64,000 bases of DNA from Bacillota bacterium (GCA_023394955.1 JAEWZY010000061.1:21095-85094), one strand, 5' to 3'; counted from the stretch's first letter, positions 18,347-27,435 are shown. Program-made: numbers and translations. Notes: a model not told the origin generated them from the sequence alone.

Positions 18347-19367
18347 GTTGATTAAATCCCGGGTTCACTTGATAACTGTCGAACAAATAAGGAAACTGAT
18401 AGAAGGCGCTCTTATGTTCAAGGCATTTATGAAGTTTCCGCAGCAAGCGCTCGGGAGAATAACCGCTATGTTGGTGAAAGTAGCGGGTTGAAATCCGCCA
18501 AAACTTTTGCGGGAAATAAAAGACTGCTTTCATAACCGCTAATTCCTCCTTGGAGATGGGGTTGGCTGTTTGATAGGAGTCCATGATGAAACGGGCGATT
18601 GAATAAGACCAGTTATATTTCTTCATCACCCGGCGGATAAATTTGACCAAATCCATAACCGGCAGGTCCAATCGGCAACTGTCAAAGTCGATCATCATAA
18701 CCCGGTTTCCAGGAGTCAAAATGAAATTCCGGGCCGCCGGATCGCCGTAGCAAAACGGGTGCTCGGATTCGGCCTTGGCTACCAGTTGGCTGTAATTACT
18801 CTCTCTTAATCTGTTAATGGCTTGAGCGGCTAAGGTAATGAAATAAGCGCAGTTTTTCAAGTATAACCCGGCAAAGTCGTCGGACATAGAGAGAGCCATT
18901 TGTCTGTACTCTTCCAGGTTGAGGTATCGTTCTTCGAAATGGTTCAAACACTTGCCCAGCTGTTTACGCATATTGGAATAGGCCGGGGGAATAAAACCGA
19001 AAGTGTGCCGGTGAAGTTCGGCCAAGACTTGAGTGGCTTCCGCTAATTCCGGATGATTGGCGAAATTACATTGACGCCCTTCGATCCAATCAAATAAGGT
19101 ATAGGCGTATTGTCCGTCACTCACATAAGTTGTTCCTTTGAGAGTGGGGATAAGGGGGTTCATTTTAGTAAACCCGCTGTTAATTAAATGTTCTATGGCC
19201 TGGTGGACAAAGATTAAGCGCTTCGGATTCAGAGGGGAGACTTTCAGGTTTTTGACGCCTTGAACGGTACCGACTTTAAATACATCCTTAATCTTTTCCG
19301 CTTGAAGCGGCTTTAAACCCCAATTGAGCAGGATGGCTTCTAAATCCGGACGGTATCCCTTGAGCAT
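18339..19367 (-). CDS. CotS-family spore coat protein / bacterial spore kinase (paralogue 2)
   Basis: Catalytic loop variant CYGDPAARNFIL and MIDFDSC. GGAGG RBS. There is an 8-nt overlap with paralogue 1. Confidence 0.8.
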   Translation of the reverse strand: MLKGYRPDLEAILLNWGLKPLQAEKIKDVFKVGTVQGVKNLKVSPLNPKRLIFVHQAIEHLINSGFTKMNPLIPTLKGTTYVSDGQYAYTLFDWIEGRQCNFANHPELAEATQVLAELHRHTFGFIPPAYSNMRKQLGKCLNHFEERYLNLEEYRQMALSMSDDFAGLYLKNCAYFITLAAQAINRLRESNYSQLVAKAESEHPFCYGDPAARNFILTPGNRVMMIDFDSCRLDLPVMDLVKFIRRVMKKYNWSYSIARFIMDSYQTANPISKEELAVMKAVFYFPQKFWRISTRYFHQHSGYSPERLLRKLHKCLEHKSAFYQFPYLFDSYQVNPGFNQHA

Positions 19368-19389
19368 TTTTTCCTCCTAAAGATGGTTT

Positions 19390-19466
19390 TAAGTCTAAAG
19401 TTTAAAGTTCAAAGTCTAGGGTCAAAAGTCCGCAGTCCGCAGTCTAAAGTCTTAGGTGTAAAGTGT
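19390..19466. repeat. Heptanucleotide tandem array, arm 1 (11 units, consensus AAAGTCT)
   Basis: TAAGTCT AAAGTTT AAAGTTC AAAGTCT AGGGTCA AAAGTCC GCAGTCC GCAGTCT AAAGTCT TAGGTGT AAAGTGT, read directly. Confidence 0.85.
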
Positions 19467-19548
19467 ATAATCCAAAATCAAATCAAAACGAAAGTAAATT
19501 TGTAACTTCTTAGGTTTCAATTTTTCTAAGTTTTTTCCAACTCTTTTT

Positions 19549-19618
19549 GACATTCGACTTTCAACATTCGACTTAGACACTTAACTTTAGACGACATTTG
19601 ACTTTTGACTTTACACTT
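19549..19618. repeat. Heptanucleotide tandem array, arm 2 (~10 units, consensus GACTTTn, the reverse complement of arm 1)
   Basis: GACATTC GACTTTC AACATTC GACTTAG ACACTTA ACTTTAG ACGACAT TTGACTT TTGACTT TACACTT. It ends 2 nt from the stop codon of the gene at 19621..20679. Confidence 0.8.
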
Positions 19619-19620
19619 GA

Positions 19621-20679
19621 TTATAATTCCGGCAAGATGGTTTTTAAGAAAAGCAGTCGTTGCGGTTCTTCGTTGGTTGTCTTCCAAAACTTATCCGCAA
19701 ACCGTCGCTGGCTCCATTTGAGTTTTTCCGCAAATCGTTGCCGGCAAATCCGCCAAAAAGGTTGCGGAAAGCAAAGCAGATATGGTAAAGCTGATTTCTC
19801 CCAATCGGTGATGGGCCTTTCCCGGTGATAAGCATTGATTACCATATCGAATATGGAAGGGTCCCAATCATTGGCTTGCAGAATTCTGCCTGCTAACTTC
19901 GATATTTCAGTCACCAAAAGATCCCGGGCTGATAGTTGAAAGTCGATTAAAAACCATTGACCATTCTCAACTATGATATTACGGGGAGCGGGGTCATTGT
20001 GACAAAATCCTGTTAAGAGGCTGGATCTAGGGTTCCTAACCACCTGTCTTAAACCGGATAGGCCATAACGGGTTTGGGCTAGAAAATAATCGCTCCAACC
20101 GATCAATCCCCGATCGATCCGGTTCATTTGGGATTGCTCTTTTAAAAAAGCAATTGTATTTTCTAAAAAAGCGGTCCGCTGTTCCAAGCCGGCGATGAGA
20201 TCCTTGATTTTACACTCTTCATCCTCTTCACCGTTTAACGCTAAACTTGAAATCCGGTGTAACCCGGCGAAGAGACAAGCGCTTTTCTTGATGGAATCGG
20301 GTTCGGTAAAAGAAGGATGACTGCCTTGACGCCATTGAAACAACTGATAGTAGTGATTGTTAAATTCAAAATAAGGTAGCTTCTTTTTGGATATTTCGGG
20401 TGAAATCAACGAACTGAACCCAGCCTCGTGGATTTTAGAAAGCATTTCAGCGGTATGAACCAGTCCTTCCGCCGAAGGGTCGGTTTTTTTCAGAGCAAAG
20501 CGGCCCTTGGCTGAAAAGACCCGCCAAACCGGTCCAAAAGGCTTTAACTCAGTGGCGGAAAGGTTATATTCCTGGTTTAGAATCCGCAGTAAATCCGGAA
20601 CCAATAAAACAACCAACCTTTCAGTTGTAACATAAGCCCCATAAACATTCGAGAGAATTTTCCAAACTTGACAATTCAT
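19621..20679 (-). CDS. CotS-like kinase-fold protein (paralogue 3)
   Basis: Catalytic loop CHNDPAPRNIIV and LIDFQLS. Aminoglycoside-phosphotransferase/CotS-like layout. Confidence 0.7.
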   Translation of the reverse strand: MNCQVWKILSNVYGAYVTTERLVVLLVPDLLRILNQEYNLSATELKPFGPVWRVFSAKGRFALKKTDPSAEGLVHTAEMLSKIHEAGFSSLISPEISKKKLPYFEFNNHYYQLFQWRQGSHPSFTEPDSIKKSACLFAGLHRISSLALNGEEDEECKIKDLIAGLEQRTAFLENTIAFLKEQSQMNRIDRGLIGWSDYFLAQTRYGLSGLRQVVRNPRSSLLTGFCHNDPAPRNIIVENGQWFLIDFQLSARDLLVTEISKLAGRILQANDWDPSIFDMVINAYHRERPITDWEKSALPYLLCFPQPFWRICRQRFAEKLKWSQRRFADKFWKTTNEEPQRLLFLKTILPEL

Positions 20680-20703
20680 TCTGCAAACTTTTGTTATGCT
20701 TAT

Positions 20704-20721
20704 ATCCTATGAGAATAGGAT
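20704..20721. promoter_or_regulatory. Perfect palindrome ATCCTAT-GAGA-ATAGGAT in the divergent cotS control region (candidate operator)
   Basis: Read directly. It lies between the divergent genes 19621..20679 (-) and 20793/20941 (+). Confidence 0.3.
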
Positions 20722-20792
20722 CGGAAATGTTATTTAGCTTGGGTTCCCATCGTCAGGACAAATGAATAGCATATATCCGGAGGTGGATTCGG

Positions 20793-20957
20793 ATGCTGAA
20801 CCCATTTAAGCATATCAAATGTTGGGAACAGAAAATATTAATCACTGTAATCTGCCTGGAACTGCTCAAAACCTTGATTATCCCAAATCCAATCGATGTC
20901 TTAATCCTAATCGGGTTAATCATCATCTTCTTTAGCTGGTATGGTAATGGGTGGTAA
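20793..20957 (+). CDS. Unlisted 54-aa hydrophobic ORF (MLNPFKHIKCWEQKILITVICLELLKTLIIPNPIDVLILIGLIIIFFSWYGNGW)
   Basis: GGAGGTG RBS lies ~7 nt upstream of ATG 20793. It overlaps the annotated start of the next gene by 17 nt. Translated by hand. Confidence 0.3.
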   Translation: MLNPFKHIKCWEQKILITVICLELLKTLIIPNPIDVLILIGLIIIFFSWYGNGW

Positions 20958-21921
20958 TAATTTGGCGGAGAGGCGGTTTCCGGAAGGCCTATCGGGTTTG
21001 GGAGATGACCTGATTGAGTTCAAACGGGATAATATCTATCTGGTTCCCGGGAAGGACGGGATCCGGGTCTTAAAACAGCTGGGTATCGGGGCAGAACAAG
21101 CGAGGCTAATCGGGGAGCTGCTAACCTATTTGAATGGTTCCGGTTTGACTCCCGAATTGATCCGCCCTAAGTCAGGGGCGGCCTATTTTTGGAATAAAGG
21201 CAACCGTTATTTTTTGACCCGTTTTTTACCGGGCCGGAGCGCTGACTATTATCAACTTCAAGACTTTCAAGCGGCCATTCGGGCTATGTCCTCCTTGCAT
21301 CATCTGTCCGGCCGATTTCTTCAATCTCATCCGGCCTATCTTTCATTCTTAAAATTTGAACCGATTCGGTTTTGGCGGCGGCGCCTCCGGGAAATGGAGC
21401 TCTGCCGGGACCGGGCGATTCGGTTCAGGGATCCTTGGAGTAAGGAATATTTACGGGTATGGTATGTTTTTTGGAACCAAGGGGCTAAAGCGATAAAGGA
21501 AATTGAAACCATCAATACTGAATACCCGGGAGTAATCTGCTATCATGATTGGGCATTTCATAATCTGATCATTAATAACGGCGAAGCGGTATTAATAGAT
21601 TTTGATTACATGATAGTTGATCAACCGGTCCATGATCGGGTTAATCTGATCAGCCGTTATCTACGGCTTCATCAATGGTCAAAGGAAGCATTATTGAAAG
21701 CTCTTTGGAATTTTGACCGCTATTATCCTTGGAAAGCGGGAGAATTACGAAAACTCCGAATTTACTTGACTTTTCCTTATGAATATTGGATTTTGGGGCG
21801 GCAATATTTCTTGGAGCGACAACCCTGGTCGGCGAGGTATTTTCAGGAACAATGGCAGCGGAAAATTAGCGGTTCTGAACAACGGGTTAAGATCTTGGAA
21901 CTAATCGAATGTTTTGAGTGA
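20941..21921 (+). CDS. CotS-like kinase-fold protein (paralogue 4)
   Basis: Catalytic loop YHDWAFHNLII and LIDFDYM. Confidence 0.7.
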   Translation: MVMGGNNLAERRFPEGLSGLGDDLIEFKRDNIYLVPGKDGIRVLKQLGIGAEQARLIGELLTYLNGSGLTPELIRPKSGAAYFWNKGNRYFLTRFLPGRSADYYQLQDFQAAIRAMSSLHHLSGRFLQSHPAYLSFLKFEPIRFWRRRLREMELCRDRAIRFRDPWSKEYLRVWYVFWNQGAKAIKEIETINTEYPGVICYHDWAFHNLIINNGEAVLIDFDYMIVDQPVHDRVNLISRYLRLHQWSKEALLKALWNFDRYYPWKAGELRKLRIYLTFPYEYWILGRQYFLERQPWSARYFQEQWQRKISGSEQRVKILELIECFE

Positions 21922-21930
21922 GGTAATTTT

Positions 21931-22827
21931 ATGTCGAATCAAACCACGGGTATTAATATTAAAAAGACTCCAAAAGGCCGTTGGGTAACAGCGGACCTTC
22001 ATATTCACAGCATTTATTCGGATGGAGGTTTTACACCGGCTCAAATCTTAAAATACAGCGCTTCTCATTTTTTAGACGCCGTTGCCATCGCTGATCATTC
22101 CGAGATTAAAGGGGCTTTGGAGGGCAAAGTTTTCGCGGAGAAACACCCGGAACTGCCTATAATCTTAAAGGCGCAGGAAGTTTCGGCCGGAAACCGCTTT
22201 CACTTTCTCCTGATAAACAGTTGTCAGCCTTGTTCTGAATTTACCAGGGACAATATCATGGATCGTTTGGCGGAACACCACCGGTTGGGCGGGGTAACAG
22301 TTGTAGCCCATCCCTGGACTATGCCCAATTCCAAGTGGGCCCGGAGTTGTCTCCGGGATTTAATCGCCGCCGACTTGGTCGATGGAATTGAACTATTTAA
22401 TTCGGCGGCCTTGGATATCCCGGAGATCCGTAATATATGGGAGAGGATTTGGGAAGAGTGGATCGGCCCATATAAATTAGGGGTTTTGGGAGGTTCGGAC
22501 TTTCATCATTTACACAAAGGGCGTTATATCGGAACCGGCCGGACTTATCTCAAAGTTTATTCCCCTGGAGAGCAGGGAATAATCGATGCTTTACGGTCCA
22601 GACGGTGTGTGGCCGGTTTGTTCAGCAACCGAACCAACCGGGCGGATTCAATCGAGGCCGGCCTATTATGGGGACAGGGACCTTGGTTGGCGGAATTACA
22701 AAGGTTTCGGGAAAATCTTCAAACGAGGTTGACAACGGGATTAAATCATTATACCCGAGCTTACCGCAGGCTCTTTTTGAACTTGTTTGAAGCGGGGCAT
22801 TATCAACTTTTAGCAGACCTGCTTTAA
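21931..22827 (+). CDS. PHP-domain metal-dependent phosphoesterase
   Basis: DLHIHSIYSDG..., ..AIADHSE.. and ..VVAHP.. are His/Asp motifs of the PHP family. Confidence 0.75.
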   Translation: MSNQTTGINIKKTPKGRWVTADLHIHSIYSDGGFTPAQILKYSASHFLDAVAIADHSEIKGALEGKVFAEKHPELPIILKAQEVSAGNRFHFLLINSCQPCSEFTRDNIMDRLAEHHRLGGVTVVAHPWTMPNSKWARSCLRDLIAADLVDGIELFNSAALDIPEIRNIWERIWEEWIGPYKLGVLGGSDFHHLHKGRYIGTGRTYLKVYSPGEQGIIDALRSRRCVAGLFSNRTNRADSIEAGLLWGQGPWLAELQRFRENLQTRLTTGLNHYTRAYRRLFLNLFEAGHYQLLADLL

Positions 22828-22982
22828 GCAGAATATGTTTCGAGTTCCATGTTGATTGTTGATTAGGCGCGACTAATGGTTTTGCGCGGAACGAAATTTA
22901 TCACGACGTTTATCAATAAATTCCAAAATGATGCTTATTAAAAAGAGGAATTTGGTCGATAATGGAGTATATAGAAAACTTA

Positions 22983-23008
22983 GTGGAGTAAAGTGGAGTG
23001 AAGTGGGT
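22983..23008 (+). promoter_or_regulatory. Three GTGG(A/G)G boxes with exact 10-bp phasing upstream of mraZ (putative MraZ operator)
   Basis: GTGGAGTAAA GTGGAGTGAA GTGGGT, with GTGG at 22983, 22993 and 23003. Confidence 0.6.
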
Positions 23009-23029
23009 TAAAAACGGGGTGTTTCTACC

Positions 23030-23461
23030 GTGTTTATGGGAGAATTCCAACATTCATTAGACGAAAAAGGGCGCTTGATCATTCCTGCGAAATTCCGGGA
23101 AGACTTAGGGGAGAAGTTCGTTCTCACCCGCGGCTTGGATAGCTCTTTATTCGTTTACCCAATGAATCAATGGAAAATCCTGGAGGAAAAAATTAAAGAA
23201 CTTCCCACCTCCCAAGCAGACACCAGGGCTTTCGTCCGCCTCTTTTTTTCGGGAGCGGTTGAAGCCGAACCGGACAAACAGGGTAGAATGGTCTTACCCC
23301 TGCATTTGAGGGAACATGCCAAGATTGAACGAGATGTATACATTATCGGAGTTTCTACTAAAATTGAAATTTGGTCTAAGGAAACTTGGGAAGACTATAC
23401 TAATCACGCTCGTCAATCTTATGAAGCCATCGCCGAAAATATAATTGATATCGGAATCTAG
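23030..23461 (+). CDS. mraZ: Transcriptional regulator MraZ
   Basis: MFMGEFQHSLDEKGRLIIPAKFR plus a second ..DKQGRMVLPLHLR SpoVT/AbrB-like repeat. Confidence 0.95.
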   Translation: MFMGEFQHSLDEKGRLIIPAKFREDLGEKFVLTRGLDSSLFVYPMNQWKILEEKIKELPTSQADTRAFVRLFFSGAVEAEPDKQGRMVLPLHLREHAKIERDVYIIGVSTKIEIWSKETWEDYTNHARQSYEAIAENIIDIGI

Positions 23462-23492
23462 TTCAGCGATCACTGCAAAAGGCGGAGAGTTC

Positions 23493-24434
23493 ATGTCCGA
23501 ATTCAAACATCAATCGGTCTTATTGAATGAAGTGATTTATTATTTAGATATTAAACCGGCTGGAGTTTACATCGACGCGACCCTGGGCGGAGGAGGGCAT
23601 TCTCTCCGGATAGCAAGCAGAATGAATAGCCAAGGGCTCTTAATTGGGATCGACCAAGATCAAACCGCAATCCAGGCGTCTCAAGAAAGGTTGGCAAATG
23701 TCGCGCCTGGGGTGAAATTATTTAGGAGTAATTTTGAGGCGATTCCGGAGATCCTCGCGGATTTGAAAATCACCGCAATCGATGGCGTATTATTCGATTT
23801 GGGAGTCTCTTCGCCTCAACTCGATGAAGAAGAACGAGGGTTTAGTTATAAAAATGAAGCTCCGCTCGACATGAGAATGGATCGGAGCCAACCATTTTCA
23901 GCTGCGCATCTGGTCAATTCAGCCAGTGTCGATGACTTGACCAGAATTATCGGTGAATACGGGGAAGAACGCTGGGCTAAAAGGATTGCAATCTTTATTG
24001 ACCGCCAACGCCGGGAAAAGGAGATCCAAACCACCGGCGAATTGGCGGATATCATCAAAAAAGCGATACCGGCTGCAGCTCGCCGCAGCGGCCCACATCC
24101 GGCGCGCCGCACTTTTCAAGCGCTGCGGATCGCGGTCAACAACGAAATTGAAGTATTGGAAAAAGCTTTGGAGGCAACGATTCCTTTATTAAGGCAAGGG
24201 GGCAGGATCGTCGTCGTCTCCTTTCATTCATTGGAAGATCGGATCGTTAAAAATGTCTTTGCCAAAGAGGCTAAAGGCTGTCAATGCCCTAAAGAATTGC
24301 CAGTCTGCCAATGTAATAATCAACCACGGTTGAAAAATTTAACTAAAAAACCGGTGCTTCCCACTCCGGATGAGATCAGGTTAAATCCCCGCGCTCGTAG
24401 TTCCAAACTTCGATCCGCCGAGAAACTGGTCTAA
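23493..24434 (+). CDS. rsmH: 16S rRNA (cytosine1402-N4)-methyltransferase RsmH
   Basis: HQSVLLNEV...DATLGGGGHS...FDLGVSSPQLD...SFHSLEDRIVK. ATG 23493 has an RBS; the track ORF starts at 23445. Confidence 0.95.
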   Translation: MSEFKHQSVLLNEVIYYLDIKPAGVYIDATLGGGGHSLRIASRMNSQGLLIGIDQDQTAIQASQERLANVAPGVKLFRSNFEAIPEILADLKITAIDGVLFDLGVSSPQLDEEERGFSYKNEAPLDMRMDRSQPFSAAHLVNSASVDDLTRIIGEYGEERWAKRIAIFIDRQRREKEIQTTGELADIIKKAIPAAARRSGPHPARRTFQALRIAVNNEIEVLEKALEATIPLLRQGGRIVVVSFHSLEDRIVKNVFAKEAKGCQCPKELPVCQCNNQPRLKNLTKKPVLPTPDEIRLNPRARSSKLRSAEKLV

Positions 24435-24456
24435 TGATAAGGGATGGTGCGTAAAA

Positions 24457-24906
24457 ATGTTAATGGCTGAAAGATATCCAATGGAAAAACCGAATCAAAA
24501 GTCCGGGGTGAAAGTTGAAAAAAAAACTCATCTCCGTTGGAAGCGGACCGCCCTAATTAAAATAGTCGGAGTACTGATTGGATTGATTTTTTTAAATTCG
24601 GTAATTCAGGCGTTAGTGGTTGAAAAGAATCATCAAATTTTAGTCCAACGTGGTGAAATTCAAGCGTTGGATCGGGAATTGAATAAGATACAGATCGAGA
24701 TCGCCGGTTTGAATTCATATGAACGAATTCAAAAGTTGGCCAAAACCGAGTTGGGAATGAAACTGGCGTCACCGGAGGACTACCGTAGGATTGCCGTCGC
24801 GCCATCCGCCAAACGGACGGAGCCCGGTTCTTATCGAAAAAATATTTTGAGTAGGGTGGCGGCTTGGGTTGGAGGCGTTGGCGAGACCCTGGCGAATACT
24901 CCTTGA
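24457..24906 (+). CDS. ftsL: Cell division protein FtsL-like (single TM plus coiled coil)
   Basis: The position between rsmH and the PBP, one TM segment followed by a coiled coil (..IQALDRELNKIQIEIAGL..). Confidence 0.7.
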   Translation: MLMAERYPMEKPNQKSGVKVEKKTHLRWKRTALIKIVGVLIGLIFLNSVIQALVVEKNHQILVQRGEIQALDRELNKIQIEIAGLNSYERIQKLAKTELGMKLASPEDYRRIAVAPSAKRTEPGSYRKNILSRVAAWVGGVGETLANTP

Positions 24907-24996
24907 TGTTTTGGGCTTTTCTCCGCGAGCGCCTTGTGGTAAATTAGGACTAAGAAAATATTTTTAATCTATATAGCCCTTTGCGGAGGAAAGACC

Positions 24997-27189
24997 TTGA
25001 ATTACGAAGTTGAGTCCAAAAAAAGAATTGTCTGGCTATTGCTTATCGTCCTAATTATTATGGGCGGTTTAATTTTGCGTTCGTTTTATATTCAGATATT
25101 CATGGCCGGTTGGTTAAAGGAAGCCGCTGAACGGCAGAGATTTCGGGCTTTACCGATTGTACCCCGGCGGGGCGCGATTTATGATCGCGCCGGTAATGAA
25201 TTGGCGGTCAGCATTGATGGGGAATGCATTTACGGGCTCCCTGCCGAAGCGGGTCTAGTTATAACCGATCTGGTCAAGGGAACGGTAACGGATTTAAAAG
25301 ACACAAATAGCCTCAAAAAAATTGCTGGTGTTGTGGGAAGCGTGTTGAAGATGGAACCGGCCCGGATTGAGCAAGTTCTTTCAAAACGCGCTTCTTTTGT
25401 CTGGATAAAAAGGAAAGCGTCTTTTGAAGAAGTGGATCACTTAAGGAAAGCGATGAGTTGGTCTGAGGACGGCAAACGTTATGAAATACACGGGATTGAG
25501 GTCGGCCAGCGGGCTCATCGTTTTTACCCTCAAACTTTTCTGGGATCTCAAGTCATCGGTATCGCCGGTATTGACAATCAAGGTTTAGAAGGTCTAGAAA
25601 AACATTATGAACATTATTTAGCCGGTGTTCCCGGAAGCGATCAGGCCGAGTTTGACACTGCCGGCCATTACATACCCCAAGGCGAAAGACGGTACTTAGC
25701 GCCGATAGATGGTGATTCGTTATATCTGACTATTGATCAGAATATCCAATACATTGTCGAAAGAGAACTAGAAAAAGCGGTCCATGATACCGGCTCGAAG
25801 CGGGGGATGGGGATTATGGTCGATCCTCGAACCGGAGAGGTTATAGCCATCGCTAGCTATCCCAGGTTTGACCCGAATGAATATTCTAAATATCCATTGG
25901 AATATCGACGTAATCCCCTGGCCACCGATATGTATGAACCGGGCTCCACTTTTAAAGTGTTTACTGCCGCCGCCGCCTTGGAAGAAGGGAAGGTCAGTTT
26001 GGATTCGGAATTTTTCGATCCCGGATTTATCGTGGTCGAAGACCGCCGGATCAAATGTTGGAAAGCTGGGGGTCATGGCAGCCAAACTTTCACCGAAGCG
26101 GTTGAAAATTCTTGTAATCCCGTTTTCGCTACTTTGGCGATGCGGTTAGGCAAAGATACTCTTTATAAATATATTAAGTCATTCGGTTTCGGAAGCGTTG
26201 CCGGGCTGGATTTTCCGGGAGAATCACCGGGTCGTTTACAACCAATCGGTCAAGTTAAAAATGTGGAACTGGCGAATATCGGTTTCGGGCAAGGAGTGGC
26301 CGTGACTCCGCTCCAAATGGTAATGGGAGTAGCCTCAATCGCCAATGGCGGTTACTTGCTCCGACCTTATCTAGTCAAAAAGATCGTTTCTCCAGGAGAT
26401 AAGGTAAAGCTAGAGAATGAACGGCAAGTAGTGCGGGAGGTAATTTCCGGAGAGACCGCCCGTACCATGCGTGATTTGATGCGTTCAGTTGTCACCAATG
26501 GCTCCGGAGTTCGGGCTTATTTAGAAGGTTACCGGGTAGCTGGCAAGACAGGTACTGCTCAAAAGGTAGTTCAAGGCCGAAGGGGTTATTCTCAATTGAT
26601 AGCTTCTTTTGTTGGGTTTGCGCCAGCCGATGATCCTCAGTTGGTAGGGATGGTTATTTTAGATGAACCGAGTTGCCCGGTGAAATATGGCGGGGTTATC
26701 GCAGCCCCGGTTGTCGGTAGTATCTTTCGGGATTCCCTTCGTTATCTGGGCGTGAAACCCGTTTTCGAACCGCAGGTTCTGGAAAAGCTGAATGAAGAAG
26801 AAGTAATAGTGCCCAATTTATTGAACCGGCCGATTGCCGAAGCATTGGCTCTTCTACAGAAGAGTAAGATTAATTACCGTCTGATCGGCCGGGGCAGTTT
26901 TGTTTATGATCAAGTGCCCAAACCGGGAGTCAAGATTAATCGCCAATCGAAAGTCTTGATTTACTTTGATCCGGAAGAAAAATATCAATCAGGCAGGGTC
27001 AAACTCGTCCTTCCAAATCTTCAAGGCTTATCGGCTTCCAAAGCGGAACAATTATTAAGTGAGTTAGGGCTGGGGTTGGAAGCGCAGGGGGACGGGATCG
27101 CTGTTGAGCAGCATCCGCCGGCGGGAACTGTAGTCGAATCAGGTAGTAAAATCAAAGTCTTATTTAAACCGGAACCCAAAACGCCTTAA
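24997..27189 (+). CDS. Class B penicillin-binding protein (FtsI/PBP2B/SpoVD family) with two C-terminal PASTA domains
   Basis: STFK, SCN (SxN) and KTGTA motifs, plus a PASTA-like tail. It occupies the dcw position of spoVD/pbpB. Confidence 0.9.
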   Translation: MNYEVESKKRIVWLLLIVLIIMGGLILRSFYIQIFMAGWLKEAAERQRFRALPIVPRRGAIYDRAGNELAVSIDGECIYGLPAEAGLVITDLVKGTVTDLKDTNSLKKIAGVVGSVLKMEPARIEQVLSKRASFVWIKRKASFEEVDHLRKAMSWSEDGKRYEIHGIEVGQRAHRFYPQTFLGSQVIGIAGIDNQGLEGLEKHYEHYLAGVPGSDQAEFDTAGHYIPQGERRYLAPIDGDSLYLTIDQNIQYIVERELEKAVHDTGSKRGMGIMVDPRTGEVIAIASYPRFDPNEYSKYPLEYRRNPLATDMYEPGSTFKVFTAAAALEEGKVSLDSEFFDPGFIVVEDRRIKCWKAGGHGSQTFTEAVENSCNPVFATLAMRLGKDTLYKYIKSFGFGSVAGLDFPGESPGRLQPIGQVKNVELANIGFGQGVAVTPLQMVMGVASIANGGYLLRPYLVKKIVSPGDKVKLENERQVVREVISGETARTMRDLMRSVVTNGSGVRAYLEGYRVAGKTGTAQKVVQGRRGYSQLIASFVGFAPADDPQLVGMVILDEPSCPVKYGGVIAAPVVGSIFRDSLRYLGVKPVFEPQVLEKLNEEEVIVPNLLNRPIAEALALLQKSKINYRLIGRGSFVYDQVPKPGVKINRQSKVLIYFDPEEKYQSGRVKLVLPNLQGLSASKAEQLLSELGLGLEAQGDGIAVEQHPPAGTVVESGSKIKVLFKPEPKTP

Positions 27190-27435
27190 TTCTTCAAAAC
27201 CCGGTTTGAATTGGGAACTTTGGTATAAACTACATAGGAGACTCAGTGTTTAAATTTTTACCATAGAGTATAGAACAAAAATAGTATGAAAAAGAATTAA
27301 CTATTATTTGATAGTTATGGCTTTTTTGTGTCCTCTTCCGGTTCGGGCATTTATTTGTCTGAAGATACGGCAGGATTGTCTTATGGGAAAGCGAATAACT
27401 TGGCGATAATTATCAATGGTCATGATTGATCACTG

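Noticed and set aside
19390-19618. Heptamer arrays as coding sequence or as a simple rho-independent terminator
   Set aside because: The 7-nt period is not a multiple of 3 and stops occur in all frames. The arms are ~70 nt long, separated by ~80 nt and mismatched, which is unlike a compact terminator hairpin.
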